Assembly (NCBI RefSeq): GCF_022045235.1
Contig: NW_027266268.1
Coordinates: 9,424,001-9,488,000 of the forward strand
Direction: 5' to 3'
DNA from: Haliotis cracherodii
Lineage: Eukaryota
Length of the DNA stretch: 64,000 bases
The notes below the pieces were generated by a model. The model was not told where the DNA came from. It was given only the letters and a program-made list of their open reading frames with translations, and made no database searches. Made by a program: the position numbers and the translations under genes. Positions 61,940 to 64,000 of the stretch are shown in pieces (positions within the stretch are counted from its first letter, which is position 1; each line of letters starts with the position of its first letter).

Positions 61940-62875
61940 CGTGTATATCATGTGTGTTGTCTGCTCATAGAGTGTATATCATGTGTGTCGTCTGCTGACA
62001 GCGTGTATATCACGTGTGCCGTCTGCTGACAGCGTGCATATCACGTGTGTCGTCTGCTGACAGCGTGTATATCACGTGTGCCGTCTGCTGACAGCGTGCA
62101 TATCACGTGTGTCGTCTGCTCACAGAGTGTATATTATGTGTGTCGTCTGCTAACAGCGTGTATATCACGTGTGTCGTCTGCTGACAGCGTGTATATCATG
62201 TGTGTCGTCTGCTCACAGAGTGTATATTATGTGTGTCGTCTGCTGACAGCGTGCATATCACGTGTGTCGTCTGCTGACAGCGTGTATATCATGTGTGTCG
62301 TCTGCTCACAGAGTGTATATCATGTGTGCCGTCTGCTAACAGCGTGCATATCACGTGTGTCGTCTGCTGACAGCGTGTATATCATGTGTGTCGTCTGCTG
62401 ACAGCGTGTATATCACGTGTGTCGTCTGCTGACAGCGTGTATATCATGTGTGTCGTCTGCTGACAGCGTGTATATCACGTGTGCCGTCTGCTCACAGAGT
62501 GTATATCACGTGTGTCTTTCACTCACAGGGTGTATATCATGTGTGCTGTCTGCTCATAGAGTGTATATCATGTGTGTCGTCTGCTGACAGCGTGTATATC
62601 ACGTGTGCCGTCTGCTAACAGCGTGCATATCACGTGTGTCGTCTGCTGACAGCGTGTATATCACGTGTGTTGTCTGCTCACAGAGTGTATATCATGTGTT
62701 TCGTCTGCTCACAGCGTGTATATCATGTGTTTCGTCTGCTCACAGAGTGTATATCATGTGTGTCGTCTGCTCACACCGTGAATAGCAAGTTTGTCGTCTG
62801 AGCATATCGTCTGTACCATGTGTGCATCTGCTAATAACATATATATCACGTTTGTCGTCTGCTCACAGCGTGAAA
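61940..62875 (+). repeat. 31-bp minisatellite, about 30 copies
   Basis: gtgtatatcacgtgtgtcgtctgctgacagc. Confidence 0.93.
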
Positions 62876-63559
62876 ATCACCTATTGTTGGTGCCGGCAGA
62901 CGACGGGCAGAAACTACATCCACCAACTCGGCTACTGACTATCACATATGGTTCCATCTTGTCCTCTGAGCCGGCGTGAAACACCTACGTTCTCACAGAT
63001 ACAGATGCATCTATCGCCCCATAGCCTTTAATTACCACTTGGGGGCGTTGTTGCCGAGATGTTATGGCTACATGTGCTCAGGTATTTTGCATGGTGACCT
63101 GAAAGTGCCGACCCACACTGTTAGAATGAGTGGCAAGGCGGCGTACGGGCGGCGCGGGGCGGGAATATCGGCTTCATTTAAAGACAGGTGCCCAGACTTA
63201 ATAGACGGATGGGTTTGGGTATTGAAATAGATGATAAACTGAACAGGTTGGTTCCTTCGAAACTGGATCCAAAATCGGAGAATAAATGATACACAGCTTG
63301 TTTATGTGCAGCTGTCGATAAGGTACAGCGATATCCTAGGGTATATTAGGTAAATGTATCATTAGCCGTGTGACGGCCTGGCAGGTGGCTCTGGGGCATT
63401 TTATACAATAAACAATCTAAACCGGCTTGTGGTGAAGAAGTGTGTGTGCTCGGTTTACCCCAAGACTTGACAGGTAAATCTTGCAGGTAATCCCTAAGAC
63501 CAGCCGTGCTCCACGTGGGAGTCCGACAATGAGACAATCGATACCTAAACTAACAGGAA

Positions 63560-63757
63560 CTGGGTTCGAATTCCAGATTCACCGTGATTATGTTTCTAGC
63601 TTTGTCAGCACCATACCCGTGCTCGTGGGGTTCACCATATTGGTAAATGTCTGAGACCTGCTTCACTTCCGGCTTACCTCAAACACGCAGCTAGGTCGCC
63701 GTGATATAATACTGAAATACTTGAAACACAAAGCGGCGTTTAACGTACCTCACTCAA
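63560..63757 (+). mobile_element. 5'-truncated SINE family B copy
   Basis: gggttcgaattcc...gattatgtttctag...gcggcgtttaa...ctcactca. Confidence 0.75.
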
Positions 63758-64000
63758 TGTCGTACGTTAGCTCCGTATATACCGAAGTCGGATGTAGCGA
63801 ACTGCCGACTTGGACGATCACGTAGCTCACACGCCTTTCTCGATCACGGTTACAATTTGGAACATGTAAATAGTAAGCCAATACGCTGTTCACACATTTA
63901 AAATTGGACGTTCAATTATTTCACCAGCCTGCCTTTTTCGTAGTTAGTGTGAAGTGCTTATAAGGAAACGTCACTTCTGATTTCAATTGTTTAACAATAT

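Noticed and set aside
63459-63545. Candidate FABP exon 1 (…DYLQDLPVKSW G|gtaaac)
   Set aside because: Correct phase but no ATG and no GxW motif; other candidates at 57.3, 58.6, 59.7 and 63.0 kb also failed

Overview
Eukaryotic (metazoan, most likely gastropod mollusc, abalone-like, inferred from the SINE repertoire) genomic DNA, not prokaryotic. 1-~24.4 kb holds the 3' half of a + strand SEC16 (SEC16A-like, ER exit site/COPII scaffold) gene. I could splice about 19 GT-AG exons in frame, including a candidate 9-nt microexon and a deeply conserved 60-nt exon, followed by a ~2.5 kb 3'UTR. 52-56.2 kb holds exons 2-4 of a - strand fatty-acid/intracellular-lipid-binding protein (FABP/iLBP) gene; exon 1 was not found in the window. 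The rest is dense in repeats: more than 20 unrelated minisatellite arrays (units 17-64 bp), four SINE-like families with target-site duplications and a shared 3' tail, two decayed Tc1/mariner transposases, several MITEs, and a Penelope-type inverted repeat containing a minimal hammerhead ribozyme core. Nearly all long ORFs in the supplied track are artefacts of the tandem repeats. There is no CRISPR array and no intact tRNA or rRNA gene.
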